From a virus (Duplodnaviria; Caudoviricetes), in the IMG/VR virus record IMGVR_UViG_3300025751_000013, positions 45,901 to 109,900 of that record: a DNA stretch of 64,000 bases, one strand, 5' to 3'. Below the pieces are notes generated by a model. It was not told where the DNA came from, searched no databases, and saw only the letters and a list, made by a program, of their open reading frames with translations. Shown here piece by piece: positions 1 through 11,400 of the stretch; the first letter of the stretch is position 1; the number at the start of each line of letters is the position of its first letter. The translations under genes were made by a program, and so were the position numbers.

Positions 1-2928
1 ATTAGAGAAAATCCATTTAAGGTCGGAGATAAAATTAAACTAAAACCAAATAGTTTGACATTTACATGTGCATATGATACTACTACTCCGTTATCATATC
101 CAGATTATAACGGCGGAACTGGTGCAGCTCCAGCATGGCAAGCAGATTTAGAAATCACAGCAGCAGATGATGTTAGTATTACTGTTAACGTTGGAGATGC
201 CGCAGGCGCAGCAGCAACTAGTGTTCATACATTTGTAAGTGCAGATATTGATACTATTAGTTTAGTTCCAGGATATGTAACACCAAGCCCAACTGGTTAT
301 GATGCAGGAACTTACCTAAGTACATATAAACAAGCTAGAGATAATATCGAAGCTAACAGAGAGTTTATAATTGCAGACGTAATCGGATTCATTGAAACTG
401 ATGATACATTACTAGGATTTGACAGAGATACTTGTGCAAGAGATACTGGACTAATAATTGATGCAATATCATGGGATTTAGTATTTGATTCAAACCAACA
501 AAGTATTACAGCAGGTAGAGGATATCTAAGACAAGATGTAGGAGTTCTTCCAGCAACTCAAACAGCAGCTACAACAGCAGGATTTGATAGACTAAGAGAC
601 TTACTTTTGGCTCTAGTAATTCAAACTGGTGCAGATGCAGAAAGAGCAAAAGAAAGTATTTCGGCTAACATTGGTCTAATAAATGATATCATTACTAATG
701 GTGATAGTCAAACAATTCCATCTAGAAAACTTCCAGCACCAACAACAGGCGCAGCAATTGTTCCAACTGCTATTACATATACTCCAGCTGATGGTTTAAT
801 GGTTATTACATCAGAAGCGCATGGTTTAAATGTAGGCGATTATGTAATGATTGCAGACGAGAGTTTAACATTTACTTGTGAAAGTTCTCTAGGAAGTGGT
901 ATACTAGAAAAAATTAGTCATCCAAGATCAAACGAGTATGCAAGCCGTAGAGCAATTATTGTTTCAGCAGTAGCTGATGCCAATACATACACTATTAACA
1001 TTGATCCAAATCTTGAAAACAGTGGCGACGGTAATGTTGCTCATACATTTGTAAGTGCAAGCGCAAATGCAATTAAGAAAGCAGAAGATGCTAATGGTAA
1101 ATTAGATGTATTCTTTAACATTAGCGCACAGCGTACATGGATTATCGATGCAGTAGAAGACTATATTGAAGATGCTACCGGATTAAATCAACCAGCTGGT
1201 AGTTGGAATACCAAGTGTAAAGAAGACATAGGTCTAATAATTGACGCAGCATTGTATGACTTAATGTACGGTACCAATCTTGAAACACGCACAGCAGCAC
1301 AAGCATATACAACCGATGCAGGTGTATTACTACTAGGTGCAGACCCAACTGAAAGATCTAACACTATTGCAGCATATGTATATCTAGCAGACTTGCTTGA
1401 GCAAGTTGGTAATGATGTAGTTACAGAAACTTTATATGGCGATACAGCAACAGCTGGATTTACAGCAACTGGTACAGTACCAGGCGGCAACGGATCTCCT
1501 GCACTAGCAGCTCATGATAGTGTTGAAGTTGTTAGAGCTTACCTAGATGCATATGTTACAAGTGCAACTGATAATGCAACTGACAAAGCAGCAGCAGAAG
1601 CTACACTTCCTGCAGTTGCTTATGGTTCGAGAACTTGGTCTTCAACTACACAACAAGCTATATTCAACCAATTCCAAAGTGAACGTCAAGAATTGCAAGA
1701 TGCAGTTACAGCGTTTATTGAAGAGAACTTTGCTTATGTGCAAGAAAAATGTAAGAGAGATGTAGGCTATATTCTAGATGCAGTTTATTACGATATGACA
1801 TATGGTGGTAATAGCGAAACGTTTACAGTTGGTAAGAGTTACTTCTCCGACGAAGGTGTAAATCAATTAAGAACACTAAGAGAAGTAAATGCAACTCAAG
1901 CAGCATACGGACACTTAAGAGACTTAGTAGAAGCAGTTGCCATTGGTGATGACACCGTGGCGTTGATTGCAACTCCTAAACAGACAGATATTGCTTATAA
2001 TTCAACAGCAGTTGATCAGGGAGGCAGCAATGCTGGTAGTACCCAGGCTAAATTACTAATAAGCAATGTGTTAAGTTTCTTAGATGATACTATTAATAGA
2101 ACAAATGTAATACCAACTGTAGCTGAAACTACTCCATCTACATCATGGGTAGCAGCTGATCTAGTAACAGCCGCAACTGCACTAACTGATGCAAAGCGTA
2201 CAGTACAAGATGAAACAACTGTATTCATTGAAGAAAATTATGCTTACATTAAATCTAAGTGTGAAAGAGATATTAGATACATTGTAGATGCAGTTGCATA
2301 CGACATATTCTATGGTGGTAACTCACAAGCACATCTAGCAGCAGAGCAATATTTTGACGGAGGTAATTATCAAATACCAGTTCCAACAAAGAATGCTACA
2401 GTACAGACATTTAAATATCTACTAGAAATAATGTCAGATGCTGTACGTAACATTACTGTGTCTGCATTACAAAATAGAGTAATCCAAACTACAACTGGCG
2501 CATCTGCAACAACGTTTGAAGCAGATCGTATTAAGGACTTGTTAACAATTATTGTTAATCTAGTACAGCATGGTTACTCAAGTCAAGTTACATTTGATGT
2601 TAATATCACAACAATACCGAGAATTAACGAAAGTGTAACATTCCACCAAACAAGTTTGATTACAGCAAGTGGACAAACATTTGAGTGGGTTGGATCCGGA
2701 ACTAATATTCAATCAGCGGTTCCATACAAAGGCGGACAACCAGTTGAAGCACAACAGGTAGTGGAAAGTAACGAAGGTAAAGTTTACTTTACAAGTACTG
2801 ACCAAAAAGGTGACTTCAAAATTGGTAACAGCTTAACTATTGAACGTGCGTCTGGTACGATTACTGGACAGACTTTTGATAGATCACTATTCGCGGTGTT
2901 AACACCATACATCTTGTCACTACAGTAA
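1..2928 (+). CDS. Large virion structural protein (baseplate/fibre-associated), 5'-truncated; SLTFTC...HTFVSA beta modules plus four CxxDxxxI(I/L/V)DA helical repeats
   Basis: The frame is open from base 1, so the true start is upstream. Repeated modules; C-terminal SGQTFEWVGSG...GKVYFTSTDQKGDF region and hydrophobic end LTPYILSLQ, as I recall from T4-like phage structural proteins. Confidence 0.65.
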   Translation: MRENPFKVGDKIKLKPNSLTFTCAYDTTTPLSYPDYNGGTGAAPAWQADLEITAADDVSITVNVGDAAGAAATSVHTFVSADIDTISLVPGYVTPSPTGYDAGTYLSTYKQARDNIEANREFIIADVIGFIETDDTLLGFDRDTCARDTGLIIDAISWDLVFDSNQQSITAGRGYLRQDVGVLPATQTAATTAGFDRLRDLLLALVIQTGADAERAKESISANIGLINDIITNGDSQTIPSRKLPAPTTGAAIVPTAITYTPADGLMVITSEAHGLNVGDYVMIADESLTFTCESSLGSGILEKISHPRSNEYASRRAIIVSAVADANTYTINIDPNLENSGDGNVAHTFVSASANAIKKAEDANGKLDVFFNISAQRTWIIDAVEDYIEDATGLNQPAGSWNTKCKEDIGLIIDAALYDLMYGTNLETRTAAQAYTTDAGVLLLGADPTERSNTIAAYVYLADLLEQVGNDVVTETLYGDTATAGFTATGTVPGGNGSPALAAHDSVEVVRAYLDAYVTSATDNATDKAAAEATLPAVAYGSRTWSSTTQQAIFNQFQSERQELQDAVTAFIEENFAYVQEKCKRDVGYILDAVYYDMTYGGNSETFTVGKSYFSDEGVNQLRTLREVNATQAAYGHLRDLVEAVAIGDDTVALIATPKQTDIAYNSTAVDQGGSNAGSTQAKLLISNVLSFLDDTINRTNVIPTVAETTPSTSWVAADLVTAATALTDAKRTVQDETTVFIEENYAYIKSKCERDIRYIVDAVAYDIFYGGNSQAHLAAEQYFDGGNYQIPVPTKNATVQTFKYLLEIMSDAVRNITVSALQNRVIQTTTGASATTFEADRIKDLLTIIVNLVQHGYSSQVTFDVNITTIPRINESVTFHQTSLITASGQTFEWVGSGTNIQSAVPYKGGQPVEAQQVVESNEGKVYFTSTDQKGDFKIGNSLTIERASGTITGQTFDRSLFAVLTPYILSLQ

Positions 2929-2941
2929 GAGGAAATAAATC

Positions 2942-3280
2942 ATGGCCGAACCATTAAACGTATTTAAGACAATAACAGCAGACTTAACAACTGGGAACGA
3001 AATTGTATATACTGCCCCAGACGGAAAAACTGCAATCATATTGATGGCACAAATATCAAATGTAACAACTACAGCAGCAGCTACTAGTTTTTTACACTTT
3101 GATGCTTTCACTGCTGATCAAACAGAACTACTATCTAATTTTGTAGTTCCAGGTAACGATGCTACAAGTCCTATCACAGGTAAACTTGTGGTAGAAGAAA
3201 ATAACTCGTTACGGGCACAAGCATCAGTAAACGATGCACTAGTGTTAACATTAAGCTTATTGGAGTCACTAAATGCATAA
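2942..3280 (+). CDS. Small beta-rich virion adaptor-like protein (paralog of 3931..4263)
   Basis: SD GAGG upstream. FKT...NEIVYTAP...AQISN...GKLVVEE..SL...LSLLE pattern is shared with 3931..4263. Confidence 0.6.
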   Translation: MAEPLNVFKTITADLTTGNEIVYTAPDGKTAIILMAQISNVTTTAAATSFLHFDAFTADQTELLSNFVVPGNDATSPITGKLVVEENNSLRAQASVNDALVLTLSLLESLNA

Positions 3281-3854
3281 TATAGGATTATTAAGTAACA
3301 GAGTCAAAAAGACTCCAGCGTTAAACGCTGAGAGTTACAGATATACATATCTTGACTTGGAAAATGCTGAACCGGATTGGGGTGTACCTGATACCGCTAA
3401 AGCAGATAACAAAGGTATTAACATTAATCGAGGCCTTGCTGCTTCGGATACACAAGGTACTAGAAACTGGGTTGTAATTGGTCCAGGTCTTAGAATTAAT
3501 GGTGATGATGTTTTACTCGTTGACGAGGAAGCATTTGTTAGTTTGACAGGGGACCAAGAATTTAGCGGTACAAAGACATTCCTTGATCAAATAGTTATTG
3601 GGTCAACTGACTCTACTGACTTAGGTGAAAGATTACGTGTAGACGGTACTATATCGGTCAATAATATCACTACACAGAATCCTGCTTTTAATTTAGTAGA
3701 TACAGTTGCTGAAATTATTAACTTTGGCGGACAGGGTACTGACATTAATATCGGTTCTAGCTTTGGTACAACTACAATTAATAATGATTTAATTATTAAA
3801 GGTAACGTAACAATCGAAGGTACCGAACAAAATATGGACGGTGGTTATTATTAA
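3273..3854 (+). CDS. Short fibre/linker protein (GLLSxRVxKTP...AExDxGVP N-terminus; C-terminal DGGYY)
   Basis: Overlaps the upstream gene. N-terminus is paralogous to 4256..4903; fibre-like motifs (GDQEFSGTKTF). Confidence 0.55.
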   Translation: MHNIGLLSNRVKKTPALNAESYRYTYLDLENAEPDWGVPDTAKADNKGININRGLAASDTQGTRNWVVIGPGLRINGDDVLLVDEEAFVSLTGDQEFSGTKTFLDQIVIGSTDSTDLGERLRVDGTISVNNITTQNPAFNLVDTVAEIINFGGQGTDINIGSSFGTTTINNDLIIKGNVTIEGTEQNMDGGYY

Positions 3855-3858
3855 TAAT

Positions 3859-3894
3859 TTAGCAAGGTTCACATATAGAAACCTTGCTAATTTT
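3859..3894 (+). terminator. Intrinsic terminator
   Basis: TTAGCAAGGTT / AACCTTGCTAA 11-bp stem, 10-nt loop, then TTTT, just after the stop at 3854. Confidence 0.75.
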
Positions 3895-3899
3895 ATTAA

Positions 3900-3906
3900 C
3901 TAAATA
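3900..3906 (+). promoter_or_regulatory. T4-like late promoter box (CTAAATA)
   Basis: TAAATA after a terminator and before SD AAGGA and the ATG at 3931; the same box precedes many genes here. Confidence 0.6.
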
Positions 3907-3930
3907 TCATAGTGATAAAAGGACGCACAG

Positions 3931-4263
3931 ATGCCAAATAATAGTTTTAAATCTGTTAACACAGTAATAACTACAGTTAATGAAGTAATCTATACAGCCC
4001 CTCCGGGATTTACAACAATTGTGATTAACGCACAATTAGCAAACACAGCAGAAACAGACGTCAATTGTACATTTAGTTATGTTGAAAGTTCTTCAGGAAG
4101 TGAAACAAATCTTATAAGAGATTTTCGTGTTAGAGGTAACCAATCGCAGTCTGCGATTATGGGACGTCTAGTTATTAACGAAAACGACTCAATTAAGTGT
4201 CGATCAAATATCGATGCACCAATAAGATTAAGTTTAAGCTTGCTGGAGACTGAGGATGTCTAG
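3931..4263 (+). CDS. Small beta-rich virion adaptor-like protein (paralog of 2942..3280)
   Basis: FKS...NEVIYTAP...AQLAN...GRLVINE.DS...LSLLE pattern. Confidence 0.6.
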   Translation: MPNNSFKSVNTVITTVNEVIYTAPPGFTTIVINAQLANTAETDVNCTFSYVESSSGSETNLIRDFRVRGNQSQSAIMGRLVINENDSIKCRSNIDAPIRLSLSLLETEDV

Positions 4264-4903
4264 AGGAATAGGGTTACTCAGTGGTAGAGTAACTAAGACA
4301 CCGCCAACAGAAGTTGAATCTGTTGCGCCGGATAGATTTACGTTTATTGATGTTTCAACTGCTGAGGCAGACCTAGGCGTACCTCCTGGCAACGACTACT
4401 TTCTTACCTCTGATACAGTCGGTAACAGATCATGGTTACCTCCGGGGTCACTAGGATTAAACGGTGAAGAAAACGAACTTGTTTTTATTAAAAACGGCGT
4501 AAGTGCATCAACTACTAATATAGAATACGACGAAGTTACTGATAGTATAAAATTTCATAATTCTTATCAGCAACGAGGTACTGCTAAAGTAATATCAGAT
4601 GACAGTTCTTTTACTGACGGAGTAATTGCAACGTTTGATAAAAACTCTTTTGGCAGTGCAAAATATATTGTGCAGGCTGACACACCTTCACGTAAAAGAC
4701 AAATAAGTGAACTACTTTTAGTTCATGACGGTACCAATGCTTCGGCAACAGAATTCGGTGTTATACACACTACAGACCTTCCTATTGCTGAATTTGATGT
4801 AGATATTGAAGGTGATTTAGTAAGATTATTAGCAACAAATGCTATAGATGATTCTACCGAAAATGTAAGTTTTCGTATAGTAGAAATGCTGATGCTAATC
4901 TAA
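4256..4903 (+). CDS. Fibre linker protein: GLLSGRV...DLGVP N-terminus, C-terminal SAKYIVQ...ELLLVHDG...TEFG beta domain
   Basis: N-terminus paralogous to 3273..3854; C-terminal domain of a type I recall from phage fibre proteins. Confidence 0.55.
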   Translation: MSRGIGLLSGRVTKTPPTEVESVAPDRFTFIDVSTAEADLGVPPGNDYFLTSDTVGNRSWLPPGSLGLNGEENELVFIKNGVSASTTNIEYDEVTDSIKFHNSYQQRGTAKVISDDSSFTDGVIATFDKNSFGSAKYIVQADTPSRKRQISELLLVHDGTNASATEFGVIHTTDLPIAEFDVDIEGDLVRLLATNAIDDSTENVSFRIVEMLMLI

Positions 4904-4935
4904 TAAAACAGTACATTATTATCCGCTTAAGCTTC

Positions 4936-4967
4936 AATTGGCATAAATACCTTACAGCATGCCAATT
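4936..4967 (+). promoter_or_regulatory. Late promoter box (TAAATA 4944-4949) bracketed by a perfect 9-bp inverted repeat
   Basis: AATTGGCAT (4936-4944) and ATGCCAATT (4959-4967), followed by SD GGGGAG. Confidence 0.55.
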
Positions 4968-4984
4968 AGGGGAGAGTGAACCGG

Positions 4985-5428
4985 ATGGCTAATAATAAAA
5001 AGTTCGTAGTCAAAAATGGACTACGCACCCATAACATTGACTTTACAACAACAGATTTGACAAAAACCATTCTTATGGATATTGACAATCTAGGTGATCT
5101 AAATGTTATCGGTGAGGGCAAAATCGTAGTAGGCGATTATGATGACAGTAGTAGTGTCATCGATCCTACAACTAAAATTGAGGTAATAGGTAATATTACA
5201 GCTTTTAAAGTAAAAGCTGATTTCCAGGGGGATGTGTTTGGGCAAGACTCTTCTCGACTTGTGGACTCTAATAACGGAGAGTTTAACGGATTTTTAAATG
5301 GGCAAGTAAGTAGTTTAGATAATCATACAACTGATGATCTAGATGAGGGCACACAAAATCTTTACTTTACGAAACAGAGAGCAAGACGTGAAGCAAGAAT
5401 AATGGCACTGATCTTTGGGAGTAACTAA
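4985..5428 (+). CDS. Short fibre linker protein (KFVVKNGL N-terminus; TTDDLxEGxxNLYFT motif; hydrophobic C-terminal MALIFG)
   Basis: ATG at 4985 fits the SD better than the GTG at 4976; shares motifs with the giant ORF. Confidence 0.6.
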   Translation: MANNKKFVVKNGLRTHNIDFTTTDLTKTILMDIDNLGDLNVIGEGKIVVGDYDDSSSVIDPTTKIEVIGNITAFKVKADFQGDVFGQDSSRLVDSNNGEFNGFLNGQVSSLDNHTTDDLDEGTQNLYFTKQRARREARIMALIFGSN

Positions 5429-5431
5429 TAT

Positions 5432-8400
5432 ATGTCTTTTATAAGCACGACAAGAGTAATAGAGAACAATCAAGAGGTTTTATTCGAAGGCCCATTAGAT
5501 AAAGAAAGTAATGTACACACAGTTGCCGTACTGAATGAAGGTGTTTCGCCTAATTCTACAACCGATCCAATTAAAGTTACATTAAGTCTTTATGATGCAT
5601 CTGAGCCCGCGACAAGACCTTTTGCGATACTAGAAGTTGCTCCAGGTACTGATGCACAGTATACTAAAGTTATAAACATACGTCCTGGAGATCAACTAAG
5701 AGCCGAAACTGATGGTGGTGAAGTCACTATTATGATCGGCGCTTTCGTTGATGAAGATACTCTAGTAACAAGTATTTTTAATATAACAGGGCAGTATGAT
5801 CATACAGTTACATATCAACCATATGATGTTGCATATTATCTTGGGTCAACATATGTTAATACAACAGTAGACCAAACTGCTGTATATCCTACACAAGTTA
5901 ATGGCGGTTGGACACCTTTAGGTTCTGGATTTAACGCATATGGTGAATTTGATCCACTTGTATTATATCCGCCGTTGTCTGTTGTTAAGTGGGCTAACAA
6001 TGTTTATGTTACAGTTACAGGATCTCCTGTTGGAGTTTATCCGAATGATTATAACAGTACGTGGATTTCTTTTACATCATTAACAAGTGACGAAATTCCA
6101 GATACGTCTGGTGTAAGTGCAAACGTTGCCGCAAGTATTACAATACTTAATAACAGATTAAACACACTTACTACAACTGAAGTCCCAGAAGCATCTGATG
6201 CCGATTTAGAAGCAGCATCAGGATTTGAAAATGCTTACTTTACTAGAGCTAGAGCTCGTGAATCTATTAGTGTAACAGGTGACTTAATTTATGATGTTAA
6301 CACTGGTGTATTATCGGCTCAAACATTAACACAAGATGATGTTAATATATTCATTGACAATAGAGTGTCAAAATCATTTGTTGATGCATTAGGAGTTGAT
6401 GCAGATACAGTTGATGGAATTGAAGGCACAGTATTAGCACGAACTGATATATCTCCAACATTTAGTCAAAACATTATAGTTTCAGGAGAAATGCGTGGCG
6501 ACCTACGTGGTAATGTATTAGCTGACGATAGTAGTATTATAATCAATCATGCTACAAAAGAAATTAACGGACGTTTCGAAGGTACACTAATTGCAGCAAA
6601 TAGTGATGTTATTTTAAATACAGGTATAGATGGTTTTGACGCTACGTTCACTGGTACTACATTTGGTGAACATAGAGGTGATGTTTTATCAGACGATTCG
6701 AATGTAATCATTGATGCTAGTTCAGGATTAATAAGCGGTGACTTAGAAGGTAACGTCACTGCAACCTTTGGTGTGTCACGATTTAATGATATTATTACTG
6801 ATAACATTATTGTTCAAGAAGAATTACAAGTTGCTAACATTTTAGGTAACATTACGTCAACAGGTGTTAGTACATTTAATAACGTTGATATTAATGGCGG
6901 TTATATTGATAACGCTGTTATAAACACAACTAATATTACAGGTACAACTATTGTAGGTACCTATATAGAAGCACAAACTGGTGGATTTAGAGGTGATATT
7001 CTATCCACAGGTACATCACGTTTCAACGACTTGATCGTTACAGGTGATCTAACATTTAACACATTAGAGGTACAAGCACTTGCTGACTTTAAATCTCTTG
7101 TAAATATCGACGGCGGACTTACAGTTGGCGGAACACTTAACGTTACTGGTGGAACTACATTTGGTAATATTAATGTTACTGGTGGACAAATTAGTGGCGT
7201 TACTTTGGGTAGTGGATCTTATCCAGTTGATATCGTTGCAGATGATGTAACAATTTTAAATTCATTTACTGCTACAGATGTTACTGCTGAATTTTCGACA
7301 TTAATAGTTACAGACGAAATGACAGGTGATGTCAGCGGTAACTTGAGAGGAAATGTATTATCACAAGATGGTACAACTGTTATAATAGATGCATTTGCTG
7401 GAATTATCAGAGGCGACTTAGTCGGCGACACAGTAGGACAACATACTGGTAATGTTGACGGTAATGTTGTAGGTAATGTAACAGGTAATGTTACTGCTGC
7501 TGCTGGACTATCGTCATTCTCTAGTATGAATGCACAAATTGGTGACATTGCTGCTCTTGAAGCAGGCTCATTAACAGTTACTGGTGCAGCAAGTTTTACA
7601 GGTGATCTAACATTTGACACACTACAAATTGCTTCATTAGCAGTTAATAACACATTGACAGTTTCTGGTATTTCAACCCTTGGATCAGTAGACATCGGCG
7701 GCGGCACAATGGATGCTGTAACAATCGGTGGCAATGTGCCTGCAAGTGTTACTGGTACAATTTTTACCGGTGACAAAATGTTTGCTGATTTATTTACAGG
7801 TAGCCTAAAGGGTGTCGTAGAAGGATCAGTTGAAGGTGACTTATACGGTAATGTCCTAGGATTAGATAGTTCAATCGTTCTAAATACAAGTACTGCAAGA
7901 GCTACATTAGATGCTGATGTTACTGGACAGATTGATGCAACAGCAAATGGTGGCGGCGAAAGTAGATTTGATGATATAACCATTACTGGTGTATTTTCGT
8001 TACAAGGCGGCGGCCAACTTACGGGTGATCTAACAGGTAATGTAGTAGGTGACGTTACAGGTGATGTATATGCAAGTAACGGAGATAAGATTTTAGAAAC
8101 AGGCAACGGAACAACTATTCCTGCAAAGTTAACAGGTAATGTAGAAGGCGAAGTATTAGGTACATTTACTGGTACAGCTTCTGGAGACTTCACAGGTGAT
8201 GTATTTGCTTACGATTCAACTAAAATGCTTGATGCGTTTTCTAATATATTGAGGGGTGATTTAGTTGGTAATGTAAGTGGTAATGTTTTAGGCGATTTAA
8301 CAGGTAATGTTAACACTACAGGAACTCAAAGCGATGGTTTCTTTAGAAACTTAACAGTTGAAGATACACTTACATTTCCATCATTGAATATTTCGACAAT

Positions 8401-11400
8401 TGATTCAGATAACATTGATGTTGATAATGCAATATTAGATGTTGTAACAATCGGCGCTGGTATAACTACTGGTACAATTGACAACACTACTATTGGTGCT
8501 ACAACCCCAAGAGGTGGTGTATTTACTACATTACAAGGTGCAATTATTGAAGCATCGAGTGAGTTTAGAGGTAACATTGTATCATCAGGATCTTCTAGAT
8601 TTAACGAGCTTATTGTTACTGGCGATTTTGTAGCAAACTTACGTGGTGATATTATTGCTGAAGATTCAAGTGTAATTGTTAACAATGCAACAAAAACATT
8701 TTATGGAACACTACAAGGTACAACAGTTGGAACACTACAAGGTAATGTTATAGCAACTTCAGGACTAAGCGAATTTAATAGTATAAACGTAGCACAAGAA
8801 ATATCAGGTACATTAAGAGGCGATGTAGTTGCACCTGATAGTACATTGTTAATTGATATATCTAGTCAAAATATAAACGGTAACGTAATAACAGCAACAG
8901 GTGGATTTAGTGGAGAGATTACTGGAACACTAGTAGGAGACATTAAGGCTACTGGTGGCCAGGTTGTTTTAGATTCAGGTACTGATGGCACAGATGCAAC
9001 ATTTGCAGGAAACGTAACAGGTAACGTTTTAAACACACTAGGTGAAACAGTACTAGATGCTAATGCTGAAAGACTTACAGGTACATTAGCAGGTAATGTA
9101 TACGCAATAGACGGAATATCACAAATACTAGACTCAGGCACAGATGGTACTGATGCTGTATTTACTGGACAAGTAATCGGAGATGTTACTGGGAATGTCA
9201 CAGCCTCGTCAGGTGTTTCTAACTTTAATAATATAGTTATTGCTAACGAAGCAGTAGGTAATTTTAAAGGTAATGTTCTTGCAGCAGATAGTTCTGTACT
9301 TGTTAATTATCTTGACTCGTCGATCACTGCTGCTACGATTACAGCAACAGGTAATTTTGTAGGTGACGTAATCGGTAATGTCGATACAAGAACAGTTGAT
9401 GTTAACACAAGAAGTTATTTCCAAAACATCACAGTGTTGGGCGAAATTGACCTTAGTGGCGCATCAGGTAATATTACTGCTGATATTGAAGGTACTTTAA
9501 AAGGTAATGTTGTTTCTACAACAGGTGACCCTAATGCTGCTGATGTATTATTATTAGATGCTGCTGGTAGATCGATTCTTAATATGGCATCAATTAGTTC
9601 TAATGAATTTACTGGTGACGAATTTATTGGTGATTTCCTTGGAGATTTATATTCTGCAGACGGATCATTTAGAGTATTAGATACAGGTGCAACAGGAAAT
9701 CAAGCATATTACATCGGTGATATGAGAGGTAATGTACAAGGTAACTTACTCGGTGATGATTCGTCGGTAATTGTAAATTATGTTTCGGGTGACATTAATG
9801 GTAGAGTAGTTAGTTCTTCTCAAGGATTTCAAGGTAAAATTGAAGATCCAAATAACAATATGTCCTCTTTGTATGACTTAACAATTCGTAATAATTTATT
9901 TGTTGAAGGCACAACTACTACCGTTAATACTGATAACTTAGATATTAAAGATAATACAATTGTTTTAAACAAAGGACAAAGCGACGGAGTTACTGGTGTT
10001 GTACTAGGTACAGCAGGTATCCAAATTGACAGAGGCAACGGCGTAGATGCAAACCTACTTTGGACGGAAGACGGCGGCGCTGGCTATTGGGACTTTACAA
10101 ATACTGCTCAAGTAAGAGGTGCATTTAGAGGTAATGTCACAGGTGATGTTTATAGTCCCTTTAATTCAGGAACTCCTATTCTAGACACAGGTACTGCAAC
10201 TTTACCTGCTACATACATAGGTAATGTTGTAGGTGATATAGAAGGTAACGTAACTGTTGGCGCTGGCTTGTCTAGTTTCTTTAGCGTAAATGTTGAAGAA
10301 GAAATTGCTGGTAATTTACGTGGTAACGTATTAGCAAACGACAGTACTAAGATTATTGATTTTATTAACAGTAATATCTATGGTGCTACAATTTCAGCAA
10401 CTGCTGGATTTAGTGGTGATGTATTTGGTAATATTGATGCTAGAGGAGAAAGTTCTGCAAGTTATAGTTATTTCCAAAACCTTAGTGTATCAGGTGACAT
10501 CCAATTTGATAGTTTAAACATTGCTACACTTGAAGTAGGTACTGATTTAAACGTAGGTAACAATGTAGATGTTACTGGTCAAATTACAGCAGGTAGTGTA
10601 GATATTGCTGGTGGTGAAATAGACGGCACAATTATAGGTTCAAATGTTGCTTCTGCTGCTAGTGTAACTACTCTTACAGTAACCACTGGTGATATTAATG
10701 TTACTCAAGGTACTATTAATATTACACAAGGTAACTTGAGTGCTGATACTATTTTTGCTGTTACTGATTTTAGAGGTAATTTAGTAGGTAATGTTACTGG
10801 TAGTTTATCAGGCGGCACTGTAACAGGTGACGTTTATGGTAACCTTTATCGCCCAGGAGGCACTACTCCTGTTCTTAATACTGGTACAGGCGGAGTTGAA
10901 CCTCGACTTTACGGTAATGTAACAGGTAATGTTACAGGTGACGTATTAGGTGATGTAACAGGTAACGTGCAAGGTGTATTATACGGTAGTGTTATAAGTG
11001 AAGATAGCACAACAACTATTGTTAATGCTTCGTCTGGTTTAATTACAGGTGACATTAATTCATCAGGTACATCTACTTTTAATAATATTGTTGTTGAAGG
11101 CGCATTAGACTTTACAACATTTGCTCTTAACGAAATTACAGTTAACACACTTCTACAGGTTGACGGCACTGCTAACTTAACAGTAGCAAATATATTTGCT
11201 GGTAATATTGATAACACTAGAATAGGCGTTACAACTCCTTCAACTATTAAGGGTACTGTTATTGAAGCAACTACTAAGTTTGTCGGTGACATTGCAGGTG
11301 AAGTAGATGGTAACGTTACTGGAGACTTAAGAGGTAATATAATAGGTGAAGATAGTTCAGTTATTGTAGATAATGATCTTAAAAGATTTACAGGTAATTT

